This document shows positions 1 through 11,900 of a stretch of 64,000 bases of DNA, piece after piece; position 1 is the stretch's first letter, and each line of letters opens with the position of its first letter. The stretch comes from Paraspadella gotoi. Its lineage: Eukaryota; Animalia; Chaetognatha. The notes under the pieces were generated by a model. It ran no database searches. It worked only from the letters and a program-made list of their open reading frames with translations, and had not been told where the DNA came from. A program made the position numbers and the translations under genes. The stretch covers positions 4,099,025-4,163,024 of the forward strand of contig CM119265.1 in NCBI GenBank assembly GCA_051294375.1, written 5' to 3'.

Positions 1-440
1 CTACCTCAAGTGAAAAATGGCGGAAAAAATCGCCTTTAGTTTTCCACAATTCTTGGTATTGAGTTATTTGTTTCTATTTCAAATTGAGTTAGTTATTTTT
101 TTCATTTTTTTAAATTTGGTTATGCCGAATAGACAGCCCCTCTCTTTGGTTCATAAAGGTGCAATTGTAGCTCTGAGAAAAGAGGGAAAGACGCAACAAT
201 TCATCAGCAATAGACTTGGAATCCCTCGTTCCACCATTGCAAATTTTTTACGGCGATACAACAAATCAAAAACATTTGGTGTGTCAGCTTTACGAGAGCA
301 TGCCCAGACGAATGCAGGCAGTGGTCGATGCCGAGGGAGGGTATACCAAATATTGAGAATGTTTTACCCATGTTTTGTATATTTTTTATTGAATAAATGA
401 ACTTTTAAAAAAAAATGTTTCTAACTTTTTTCCTAGATAG
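1..440 (+). mobile_element. Internally deleted Tc1/mariner transposon (left end outside window)
   Basis: ATG at 122 gives MPNRQPLSLVHKGAIVALRKEGKTQQFISNRLGIPRSTIANFLRR (Tc1/Tc3 paired-like HTH). This is joined directly to the Tc1 C-terminal motif LYESMPRRMQAVVDAEGGYTKY* in another frame, and the DDE core is missing. It ends CTTTTTTCCTAGATAG followed by TA (441-442). A sibling copy lies at 59914-60527. Confidence 0.85.
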
Positions 441-725
441 TAGAAAAATATTATATATATCATATATATTATTAAATACGATATTGTCTCCGACAAAAAC
501 GGTAAACACAACCAAAAAACAGATAGACAAATACAAAGAGTCCGATGGAGAGATGAAACGTATGGACCGCAAATATATATTCAGATTGACATCCAATAAG
601 ACGGAAAGATAGACGGACAGACAACTGGACCATGAAAAATAAAAGATAGACCGACATACAGACAGACAGTCTGACTTGCGGACATCACGATAAAATTCTC
701 AAAAAAGCCCTCAATCTATTTCCAG

Positions 726-3542
726 CGTTGCATTCCGAACTGACGTCTCGGGTCATCAAAACGATCGAAGATTCCGAAGAAGCAATTCTCTCGGTCATTG
801 AGATTTCAAAGTCTGACGTCGCGAAGAAACACAAACGAATCGAGACGCTGACTCGAAGATTCGCGCAAAACGTCCAAAGCTATTTGGTCGATTTGAAGAA
901 GAAAATTCGGGAAATGATGCCGGAGATGAGAAAAAGAAAAATCCCCGAATCCAAACTGGAAAATTTGATGGATCGAGAAGACAATTCGATCTTCGGTCGA
1001 TTCAGTCTCAAAAACTGGGTGAGCTTCGTGGGTAAGGAAATCGCAGAGTTGGAAAAGTTTCACGTTTCGGCGAAATTTTGCGGAGACGAGTCGGAATTTC
1101 GTGAGGCGTTGAACAAAGGATCGGAATTGACCGTCGTCTTCGTGATGCGACCGGCGAGACTTCACGAATATTTGTTGGGATGCATGGAGTATCGACTGCG
1201 GAGCGACGAACCGTTGGAGGAATCCCTGGAGGTCTGCGACTCGGGGAGGCAGAAGATCTCGTGGGGAATGTGGAGGAAAGAGTTGAAGAGAAAGTTGGAG
1301 GAGATGAAAAGATTTTCCAAGATTTTTCGATCGGGATCGATGGATAAAGATGAGGATCGATCGATACAAATCTTGTTGCGAGAATCGGAGATTGAAATTG
1401 AAGATCGAAACGGAAGCGTCGACGTGCAACTCATCAGAGGCGACGTTCTCCTCCGGAAGAACTTCCGGTTGCCTTCGAAATTGGGAGAACCGAAAGCGAG
1501 GAGAATCACGCATCACAGTTTGACACTTGTTTGGAGAAAACCTCACGAGGGAATGGAGAACGTGAGAGGCTTCGTCGTTGACATTTTCAAGTTGAACGAC
1601 GATGGATTCATTGGCGGAAATTGCAACGTAACCATGTGCAAAGTCTCGACATTGAAAGCGTCCGCTACGAAAAACAGAATATCAGTTAATCGGTTGCAGA
1701 CTTCAAGATCTTATTATTTTCATTTGAGAATTGACTCCATTTTGGGTTTGATGTCGGGTGTTTGGAGTCAAAAGATTAGGACTCGGAATTGTCCTCCAGG
1801 TTTTCATTTGGATAAACGTCACTTTTGCAAATCGTGTGAACCCGGGAAATATTCGGATAAGCCTGGCGCTGCTCGATGCGTCACTTGTCCACTTGGTTCG
1901 TTTCAAAATAAACCTGGAGCGACTTCTTGCTTCGAATGTCCGCCACAAATCGGAAACAAAAACGTTGCCTGTCCTTTCAAAGAAAACTTATTTAACGGGC
2001 CAGCTCATCTGCGAAATTGTTATTATGAAACGGCTGTTCGAAATATAATTTCGTACGCTTCAGGTAATTTTTCGCGAATGATTATAATTCAGTATTAATA
2101 TACAATTAACATACCTACAACATACCTAAAACATACGTACATACATAGATTACAAACTTTGTTATTGTTAAATGGCGTTTCTCATTAGTTCCTAAATATA
2201 TTCCGACTTAACGACGTTCATTTGTTGATTATAATTTTACTATAATTTTACTATTTTTTTCTGTCAAAGATTCTCTCATTTCTATTCGATCGGAAATTTT
2301 CAACGAGACGAAAACGTTGGAGAACCGAGATGTGAAAATTGATTTGCAAAACACAATGAAAATATTGGAAAAGAAAATACTAATTTCAGGTACAGTATCA
2401 TCGGGCATTATGTGGGATTTGTTTGTGATAAAACATGGAATGACACTTGGAATTTAAACTTTTACCCTTTGGATTAGGAGATTCAAAACTATATTTGTTA
2501 TTATAAATTCTATATTTTGTTTTGATAGTTTTCGAGAATGTGGAGAATACTTTTGTCGGTAAAATCACATCTCACGTGAATATTTTGGTAAAAAAGAACA
2601 AAACTTTGGAGGAGGCGGGATCTGTTTGTAGGTAATTTTTATCCGCTTAGTAAAAGGGCCTTATGTACCCAAAACGCCCTATTTCGTCTAAAATTAGAAA
2701 TTAAGCTAATTTTTTTAGTTAAATACTAAGGGCTAGGAAATTGTTAAAGATTAGGTTTGTGATTAAGGTTTTGGATTAGGTTAATGATTTGGGTTAGGGT
2801 TAGGGATTAGGATTTAAGATTTAGGGTTAAGGGTTAAAAAATATGAATAAGGGTTAGGTTTTAGGATTAGTTTAGAGATAAGGTTTGTGAATTAGGTTAG
2901 AGATTAAGTTGAGGATTGGATTTTAAATTTAAAAATATATTCATGTTAATTATTAAAGTTAGAAATTAAATCCGAGAAAAAAGAAAAGAAATGGGACGGG
3001 TATGGTAGACTAAAATCCACCAACCATTCATCAGCGGCCATTGGTGCCGGAGGCAAGTCATTCGCCTCCCAATCCAAAGGTCCGGGATTCGAGCCTGGTG
3101 GTCGCCTTGCAGTTAAGAGGGACGGGGCGCTCAACCCGCCTGTAACACGATGTTACAGCCTTATCCTTATATTGAACGGTTCTGTCACTAACACATAACA
3201 ACTATTACTGTCTCTTCACGGTTAAAGAGACCACACGGTCTGAGAAAAGAGTTCCTTAAACGCCTTTATCCTTTATCCTTCTCTCTTAGTTTCCACGGAG
3301 GGAGAACCCCCTTTTCATCCACACCCGATCCCCTCGGCATTGACCTCTCCGGACTCGGCGCGACGTCAGGCTGGAGTGGTCGCCTCATCTGGTGGGGCGC
3401 CTCTGAGGAGATCGTGCAGGGTCGAGTCGGTCGCAGATGTTTGGGGATCAAATTGACGGCGTCGAGGGATTTGAGGAAGAGTTTGGTGGATGTAGACTGC
3501 GATCGACGACTTTGGTTCATTTGCTCATTCGATGAAGACTGA
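726..3542 (+). CDS. 3' portion of stonustoxin/neoverrucotoxin-like (MACPF/CDC family) protein with FN3, Cys-rich ephrin-receptor-like repeats and a C-terminal C-type lectin domain
   Basis: Phase-consistent exons 726-2063, 2270-2389, 2529-2631 and 3290-3542; the acceptor at 724-725 implies upstream exons outside the window. FAQNVQSYLVDLKKKIREMMPEMR..ESKLENLMDREDNSIF...LKNWV..KEI resembles the SNTX helical region, followed by a thioredoxin-like segment and NFRLPSK. Then FN3 (ITHHSLTLVWRKP...YYFHLRI), CPPGF..CKSCEPGKYSDKPGAARCVTCPLGSFQNKPGATSCFECP, and CTL (KTLEEAGSVC..HGG...IWWGA...C...VDVDCDRRLWFIC). Confidence 0.72.
2745..2920 (+). repeat. Degenerate TTAGG/TTAGGG-rich simple repeat in intron
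   Basis: Imperfect runs such as gggttagggttagggattagg. Confidence 0.6.
3001..3216 (+). mobile_element. tRNA-related (Gly-CCC-like) short dispersed element, copy 1
   Basis: 3034-3105 has a GCGGCCA/TGGTCGC acceptor stem, A box TGGTGCCGGAGG, CT-CCC-AA loop and B box GGATTCGAGCC. Related copies lie at ~11238-11357(+), 20587-20780(-), 38130-38335(+), 59479-59688(-), 60531-60636(-) and 62146-62180(-). Confidence 0.8.
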
Positions 3543-3913
3543 AAAAGTTCGGGGATTAAACTTTTAAACTAAACTTTAAACCTGAAAAATTAATTTAATT
3601 CCGTAATTAAGATGAATTACTGTATGAATGTTAGATGGACGTAGAATTGAGTGAAAGCTACTGAGGCCGAGTTACCTCGACTCTCTCTCTCTTTTCCCTC
3701 AACGACCACTTGACCTCAGAACTCCGGTCATTGGTCTCGTCGTCCCGGGCTTCAACGGGTTTCTTCCGTCGTGGCCGAAGCCACGAGAGACACAACCGTT
3801 TCAACCCTCGAACTATTCACGTTACATTATTGTCTCTTTTCCTGTATTGAACATATTTGATATGTTTTCTCTCGCTTATAATACATGTGTCTGTCTCTTT
3901 ACTCCTGTGGTAG

Positions 3914-4843
3914 ATGTGGTCTTCCGCATTGGTGAGCCCGACGAGAACACGCCCAAAAATCCTTCTGTAAAAAACATTTAAAAGAAAAAACCTTATGCTC
4001 ATAACCTCTCCCGTCCGTAAACAATAAAAAGGTAAAACTTTAAAAATGTTTCCAAGATTACCAACGAACCTTCCCACGAAGTATCCAACATCCCCACGTG
4101 AACAAGAAAAATGGATTAAATGGAAAGATTTTGATTGTCTCGCTTTTAGTCGAAAATACATTCTTTGCCTGTAATTGGTGTTTTTTGCTAAGGTGGGACG
4201 GACGGGCGGACGGACGGACGGACATCATTTTTTTTGCATAATTTATCATAATTCGATGTTCTGACATGATATAAGTGTGTGCCCGACAATATTGAGGGGA
4301 CGGACCGACGGACCGACAAAGTTAATTATAGAGTCGGGATCTGCTGATAAGCAGATCCGACTAAAAACAAAAAACCTGTTTCACTAATTGATTATGCTTT
4401 TTTTTCTTTTTATATTAAATGTAAATGCAAGATGTAATAATTAATCAAATAATTAATCAATTAGTCAATTAATTATTAATCGGTCAATTAATCAATTATT
4501 CAATCAATCAATTTATTTAGTTATCTATTAATCAATTATTCAATCAAAGGCGGAATTTGACGTCATCCTCGGCTCTCTCTTCGATTTCCGTTACAAAGAT
4601 GGATACTTTTGGTTGGGCGCTCGTGGCACCGGATCGTCTGAGCCCTTCACTGACGGAACTGCGAGGCCGAGCGACGTCTGCAAGACGAGTGGTTGCGGGT
4701 CGCCTTGGTACAGCAGTGATGCTGACGAAGGATTTGGTCATGGCTTCTCTGTTTATTCTTACGTCAGTTCGTATCGTAGCAAAGGAAATTCTCTGTATGG
4801 TTGGGCTTGCTCTTATCCAATGTGGTTTCTTTGTAAATTCTGA
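3914..4843 (+). pseudogene. Second C-type lectin domain cassette (first exon disrupted, last exon intact)
   Basis: Exon 4550-4843 reads AEFDVILGSLFDFRYKDGYFWLGARG..FTDGT...W...WACSYPMWFLCKF*, the second half of a CTL. Candidate exon 3914-4031 carries EHAQKSFC...LPSVNNKK but has a frameshift and an in-frame TAA. Confidence 0.55.
4170..4548. mobile_element. Helentron/DINE-like non-autonomous element family A fragment (rearranged)
   Basis: 4170-4366 is the reverse complement of the family A 5' end (GTCGGATCTGC subterminal repeat, GTCC microsatellite). 4367-4548 matches its AT-rich interior (cf. 39740-39950). Confidence 0.7.
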
Positions 4844-5940
4844 CAAATTATTTCGTTCACCGTCAGATTTACAAATTTGTTTAATATCACTCCTTAACTC
4901 TCGCTGTCTATAGTTTTATTTATTCATTAAAAACATTGCTATCGCTCTTTCCTACGAAATTCAATTTTTAACGAATTATTTAATTGCATGTAGTTTAAAA
5001 CCTGACTTGTAGCCTTCGAATCCGAAAAAACCGAGAAAAATGTAAACATATTTCTATATTTAACTTTATGGAATTTAAAAATATAAGCACGTAATAATAG
5101 CTAGTTTTTTAGATCAGTGCCTTAAATTTTTATCGTCAAGACAGAGTAGGGGGACAGACGGGGTAGGCGAGAGAGGGAAAGAGAGAGAGAGAGAAAGAAA
5201 AAAAAAAGTAAGAAAGAGAGAAATAGTTCTGTGGCACTCGAAATATAGTTCTGATGTTTTCTTCTTTTTATTTTTCTTTTCTGTTTTTCGTTTCTTCTTT
5301 CGTTTATCCTCTGATTTCACTGTTTCCGAAACCAGATTCAAACCAGATCTGGCTGTCGACTTTTTTTTTCGCTTAAGAATAATCTGTGAAAAGTTAGTTT
5401 TGTTCGAATCGATTCTCATCAAATTAACTAAGCCAAAAAATAAACAGGTAAATACGTAAGTTAAAATGTGAATAACTAGGAAAGGCAAATCCTTTCTTTT
5501 CACGTGATCGCATCTCCGAGAGATCAAGTGACCACACAAGAATGCAACATTCATAAAATTAACCAGTATTACCCCGAATTATAATATTATATATATATGA
5601 ATTTATATGCTTTAAAACTTGAGTGGGAAGAGACTGACAGACAGACCTACCGACCGGCGGACTCTCAATGACTTCATATAGTCGCGCCTCGATTACTCGT
5701 GAATAAAATTTTTTAGATCCTTCTTTCGGTAATCATTTTCTCTCACCCTCACCCATTTAGCCACTGACTCACCCATACACCCTCCCATTTGCCCACTCCC
5801 TTACCCACCCATTCACCGACTCATATACCCACCCATTTACTCACTCACCAACCCTCTCCCCCACATATTCACCCAGCCACCCATTAGTCCACTCACCCAC
5901 TAGCTTACCCACGAACCGACCCACTCACCCGACCTCCACC

Positions 5941-8900
5941 ATGAATCTCCTCGCCCCGCTTGTCATCGACTCACCCTCCTCTTGTCTCGTCGCCCTCGGG
6001 AATTTCTTCGTCTTCTTCATGACGGTGGGCGTGGCGAGGAATCTTCAATTCTTCATCGAAGATTGGGTCGAGGATTTTGACACCACAGTGGGTAAGGTTG
6101 TGGGTAAGGTTGTGGGTAAGGATAATTTTGGATAAGGGCTTAAGGTCTCTTTTTCCATTTGTACTAGAAACAAGCGTGATAACGTTCTGTTAATTTAAAT
6201 ATTTATATTTTGTTGAATTGTAAACTGTACAATTTATGCGTTTATCTGTAATGCTGTATGCCCTTTTGAATGTACTGTTTCAACTTATTGTTGTAAACGA
6301 ATAAAACACATATATAACTGTTTCAAGTTTTTGCTCGAATATTTTTTTTGGCAATTTTTGACCTGAAATTGGTACAACCTAATATATATCAATATTATTG
6401 ATTCAACTATCTATCAATAAATAAACTATCTTTCCCCCGGCCTCGGACAGGCTATGGTGGGTTATGGTCTCCATCCCTCTTACAAGATAATAACTTGCAG
6501 GACACTGCAAAATTTCAGTAAAGAGTAAAGACTCCCTCACAGTTTATCTCCATCGACTCCTGATTTCCCTATCAATGAAGTCGTATATGATAATTTTATA
6601 AACCTTTTCATTTGTTTTTATACAACTCACTTAATCATTAATTACTATTGTACTCCGTGCATCTTTAACATTTCAAATTGTGTCATACAGCGACAGCCGG
6701 TTGGGTCTCGTCATGCGCCTTCGCGGTTCAACCTTGTTTGGGTCCCGTGACGCCGGTTGTGACGTCATTCGTGGACCAACGAATCGTCATCGCCGTCGGT
6801 GGCGCCGTTTCCGGTGAGGGCGTCGACTATGATTTCATGATGATAATGCGAGCCACGAATGTATCAGTGATCAGTCTAAAATCCTCATAAGTTGGCATAA
6901 AAATGAAATTTATAAAAACCGTTAAATAGGACCCGTAAAATACAGTTGGTCAGGGTATCGCATAATAGGAACAGGTCTTCTGCTTCCTTGCAAAGTGGAA
7001 AATTGATCCCAAATATTGTTTCATTTCTCTATATGAGAGACATTAAGACAACTAATCCCCAATGCCGCCATCCCAACTCGAATTTCTATCCTCAACCATT
7101 TCTCTAACTTGAATATCTATCCCCAACCATTTCTCTAACTCGAATCTTTATCCCCAACCATTTCCCTAACTCGAAACCATTTCCCTAACTCGAATCTCTA
7201 TCCCCAACCATTTCTCTAACTCGAATCTTTATCCCCAACCATTTCCCTAACTCGAATCTCTATCCCCAACCATTTCCCTAACTCGAATCTCAATCCTCAA
7301 CCATTTCCCTAACTCGATTCTCTGTCCTCAACCATTTCCCTAACTCGAATCTCTATCCCCAACCATTTCCCTAACTCGAATCTCAATCCTCAACCATTTT
7401 TTCTAACTCGAATCTCTATCCTCAACCATTTCCCTAACTCAAATCTCTATCTCCAACCATTTCCCTAACTCGAATCTCTATCTCCAACCATTTCCCTAAC
7501 TCGAATCTCTATCCCCAACCATTTCCCTAACTCGAATCTCTATCCCCAACCATTTCCCTAGCTCGAATCTCTATCTCCAACCATTTCCCTAACTCGAATC
7601 TCTATCTCCAACCATTTCCCTAACTCGAATCTCTATCCCCAACCATTTCCCTAACTCGAATCTCTATCTCCAACCATTTCCCTAACTCGAATCTCTATCC
7701 CCAACCATTTCCCTAACTCGAATCTCTATCTCCAACCATTTCCTAACTCGAATCTCTATCCCCAACCATTTCCCTAACTCGAATCTCTATCCCAACCATT
7801 TCCCTAACTCGAATCTCTATCTCCAACCATTTCCCTAACTCGAATCTCTATCCCGACCATTTCCCTAACTCGAATCTCTATCTCCAACCATTTCCCTCAA
7901 TCGAATCTCTATCCTCAACCATTTCCCCCCCTTCTTTCCCCCCTCCTTTCTCCCCTCAGCCATATTTTTTTTCGTCGCCTCCGCCGTCGACACCATCGTC
8001 TCTCTCATCGTCGTCGTCGGCGTCGCTTACGTCGGATGCTCTTTTTGTTTCGTTCCGTCTTGCGTCGCCGTCGCCAGGGCAACGAGGGAGTTCAGACCAT
8101 TGGCGACCGGGTTGGCTAATTTGGGGAATACGATGGCGGGTGAGGCAGAGAGAGAGAAAAGCTTCACGCGATATATCATGACACCTTTTATACATTGTAT
8201 ATTACATATTGCTCCAATGAAAGCCAGCATCACACTAAATTTATTTGATCAAGATTCAAATTAAGATTCAGGTTTTGGAATTTCATTTCTCTCATTAAAA
8301 TTATGATTTAAGTTCAAATATTCGAATCGGAATCCTTACTTTCCCCAACCCCAGCATTGATTCTCCCCTACATCCTCGAGGCGGCGCGCGATGCTGGAGG
8401 GGGAAGCCCCTTCGGCTGGAGAACGGCTCTCCGAGTTTTGGGCGGGATGTTCTTGATCGTTCCTCTCCTCAGCATCTTCATGCGGCCGCCAGAGATCGTG
8501 GACGATCAGGTTGGCGAATGGCGGAAGGGGCAAAGTTTCTTGGGAACCATGATTGTACTGAAATAGTCGTCAGGCGGAGACCTTGAAATAATTACCATTT
8601 CATTAAAATGTGCACATGAAATTAGTACAACCGATATCAAAATTATCCCTTAATTTAATAAATAAATCATTTAATAAATATCTTGCCGGTGACTTTGAAC
8701 AGGCTATAGTAGCCTCCATCCTTCTTGCAAGATAATAACACAGCAGGAACCTACAAGCTGTAGAAGACGAAAATATGAGAAAAGAAAGGTAGGAAAAAAG
8801 GTGAGGAATTGTGACGATGTAAGAGAAGTAGAAAAGAAGTGAGACAAGCTCTCTCCTGATCCACTTTTATCATCGCCCGGACCAACTTGACCTTACGGTC

Positions 8901-11900
8901 GCCTCGGCCCTATTACTGTATCCAGTCAATCTAAGGTCATTGCCAAAGCTAGGGCAAAGTAACCGTGTGGATTGACCGGCTCGGAGAAAGAGGAGAGAGG
9001 AAGGGTTTAGAGAGAGAGACCGGTGGTAAGTCGCCTCAAAGCTTTTAATCAACACTCTCTCACAGTCTAGTTTATTTACTCCCAGAGCGGTATATAATAA
9101 TTTGCGAATAAAGATATTCTTAAACAGCATACCATAAGCCGTTAAGAATCATTTTGGTCAGTGTAAATGAACATTTAGTATTGTACATGCGAGGTCATCT
9201 TTATAACCATTATTTCAACCATTTCTTTCCTCATCCCTCCATCAGCCTCCCACCCCACCCTCCACCACTCCACCCAAACGCCTCCTCTCCTCAACCATCT
9301 GCAATTTCTCCATCTTTCGCTCTTCCTCCTTCCTCCTCCTCCTCATTTATTTCGTCTTTCACTTTGGCGCCTTCGTCTCTCCTTCCATCTTCGCCGCGCC
9401 TTACGTCGACGTCAACGTCGAGGAGACGAGGAGGGTGAGATGGTCGGTCGGTCAGTCAGTCTCTAGGTCAGTCCGTCTGTTTCTTACACTGTCTATTTCC
9501 GTCGGTAAATCTGTCGGTATGTCTTTGTCGTTCGGTCGATCTGTCGGTCATGTTTTTGTCTGTCTTTGTTCGTCGATCCGTGGAGCTGAGGGCAAGGGGT
9601 CAGGGATCTGTTTATATCTGTGTTTCAGTTAAATCTGTTTATCTGTTAGTATCTGTTTAAAAATAGACTAATAATAGAATGCCAGTCCGTCCATCCGTCC
9701 ATCTCTCCACCTCATTCCAACTAGTTCGTCAGCAACGCCTCCGCCACGCCTCCAGTGACCACGATTTTTCAAACCGGAAATTCATCCAGATCCGCGGAGA
9801 TTTTGTCTATCATGGGAGGAGGAGATTTTGCTGGAGTTGTTGTTTACAGGTAATTTGACGATGATGATGTTGAAGATGATGATGTTGAAGATGATGATGA
9901 TGATGATGATAATAATAATTATGATGATAATGATGACGATTGTGGCCATAAAGACAGTAAAGATAGTTATATAATAGATACCCATGAGTCGATACATCTC
10001 GTAAATACTTGACACAAATTTGATTCCCCCCTCTCACCTACCCCGCCCCACCCCCCTCCGCGCCAGTCTCACTATGAACATCCCCCACTCCGTCGTCGCC
10101 TCCAACCGATTCTACTTCTTCGTCTTCAACGAGGTCGTCAACGTCGCCGCCGCCGCCTTCGTTCCCTTCGCCTCTTCCTTCCAAGGCCTCGCGGTGGCCT
10201 TGTTTTTCACGGGGTTTCACTTCGGGGGGTGGTCAGTTTAGAGGGAGAAGCGGGAAGGGGGGGGTGATTTGGGCCTTTTAAGGGTTATGAAATTGGTACA
10301 ACCAATATAAAAATTGTCCATTGTCCAAAGTCAGGGGCAAGATAGCTTATTTATTAAATGAATGGACACTTGGACAGGCTTTGGTGGTTTAAGGCCTCCA
10401 TCACTCTTACAAGACTCTTTTAATCAAGACTCTTTCAATCAAGACTCTTTCAAACAAGACTCTTTCAATCAAGACTTTTTCAATCAAGACTTTTTCAATC
10501 AAGACTATTTCAATCAAGACTCTTTCACAGTCTTGTTTATGTTATGTTATGTTATGTTCGAGTTAAGGGTGAAGTCGACACAGTTCTTTTTTGGTGGATC
10601 GGACCGCGTATATATCTTGTTTTATAATGTTTATCATTTTTTTCGGAATTTTGCGAGTTCGGTTGATCATTTTTATTTTTTTTAATACGTATTTAATTAC
10701 TTATTAGGGTTAGTAATTATTAATCAAAGTATTAATCAAAATGTCTCAGCAATACGCGATTTCTTCTTCTTTAAACGCATGGGAATAGACAAATGGACTG
10801 ACAGACAGATCGCCTGCCCGATCTACCGACCCACACCCAAGTGTCCTATATAATAGCTTTGCGAGTACTCGTGGGGCAAATTAAAACCAGGTTTAATTAA
10901 AAAGAATATTGAATAATGTATATAATGAATATTGTCCGACCGACAATTTTCTTTCAATCGATCCTTATTCCTCAGGTCGGTCGTCTTGTGGACGGTCTTC
11001 GCCGACATGTTCGGCCCCGACGTCGGCCACGCCACCTCGTGGGCGCTCCTCGTGGGCGGCGTCTCTGGATTGGCCACGCCCAACATCCTGTCGAGCGTCA
11101 TGACGTCGATGGCGTCGGATCCGCGTCGCCCGTCGTCCAGCGATTTTAGCGCCATCTGGTTCGGAATCTCAGTTTCGCAAGTGAGACGGAAATTTGTTGT
11201 TGTTATTGTTGTCGATAAAACGGCGTGTATGGATTTTATGGTGGACCAAAATCCACCAACCTTTCATCAGCGGCCTTTGGGGATCTAGCCCGGTGGCCGC
11301 CTAGCAGTTAAGAGGGACGGGGCGCTTAACCCGCCTGTAACATGATGTCACAGCCTGATGTAAAGCTTATATCTCTTACGTGTAATTTAACATAAATATT
11401 ATTTTTCTCTTTTTCAACCAAAAAACCGAAATATTGCTTAAAAGAATGGATCGCAGTAATACGAAAAATATCATGATCTTGATTCTTGACCACAAACAAG
11501 AACGCATATATTTTTATTTATTAATTTATTAATTAATTTTATTTATTAATACAAAAAAAATATCATGATCTTGATTCTGGACCACGAACAAGAACGCATA
11601 TATATTTTTACCCTTTTCAACTTTCGGTCCTAAGAAAATATTTTTAAAAAGACCGCGTTACCACGCAACAGCTTTTTGGAATCACTGAAACCTATTTATT
11701 AATAATATCAATACTTTTTCTTATTACAATTTTAATGGTGTTCGATAATTTTTTAGTCGGTCCGTCGGTCCGCCCCCTCAATCTTGTCGGGCATTCACTT
11801 ATATTATGTCAGAACATCGAATTATGATAAATTATGCAAAAAAATACGATGTCCGTCCGGCTGTCTGTCTGTACGTCCGTCCGTCCCACCTTAGCAAAAA

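Noticed and set aside
806-1546. 246-aa antisense ORF
   Set aside because: Shadow of the toxin-like coding exon on the opposite strand.
2745-2920. Telomere or interstitial telomeric array
   Set aside because: Only a few exact TTAGGG units within a degenerate intronic repeat.
3034-3105. Functional tRNA-Gly gene
   Set aside because: The anticodon stem pairs poorly, there is no oligo-T terminator, and it is embedded in a dispersed repeat with decayed copies.
7076-7928. 31-bp repeat array as a CRISPR array
   Set aside because: Units are contiguous with no unique spacers, there are no cas genes, and the context is a eukaryotic intron.
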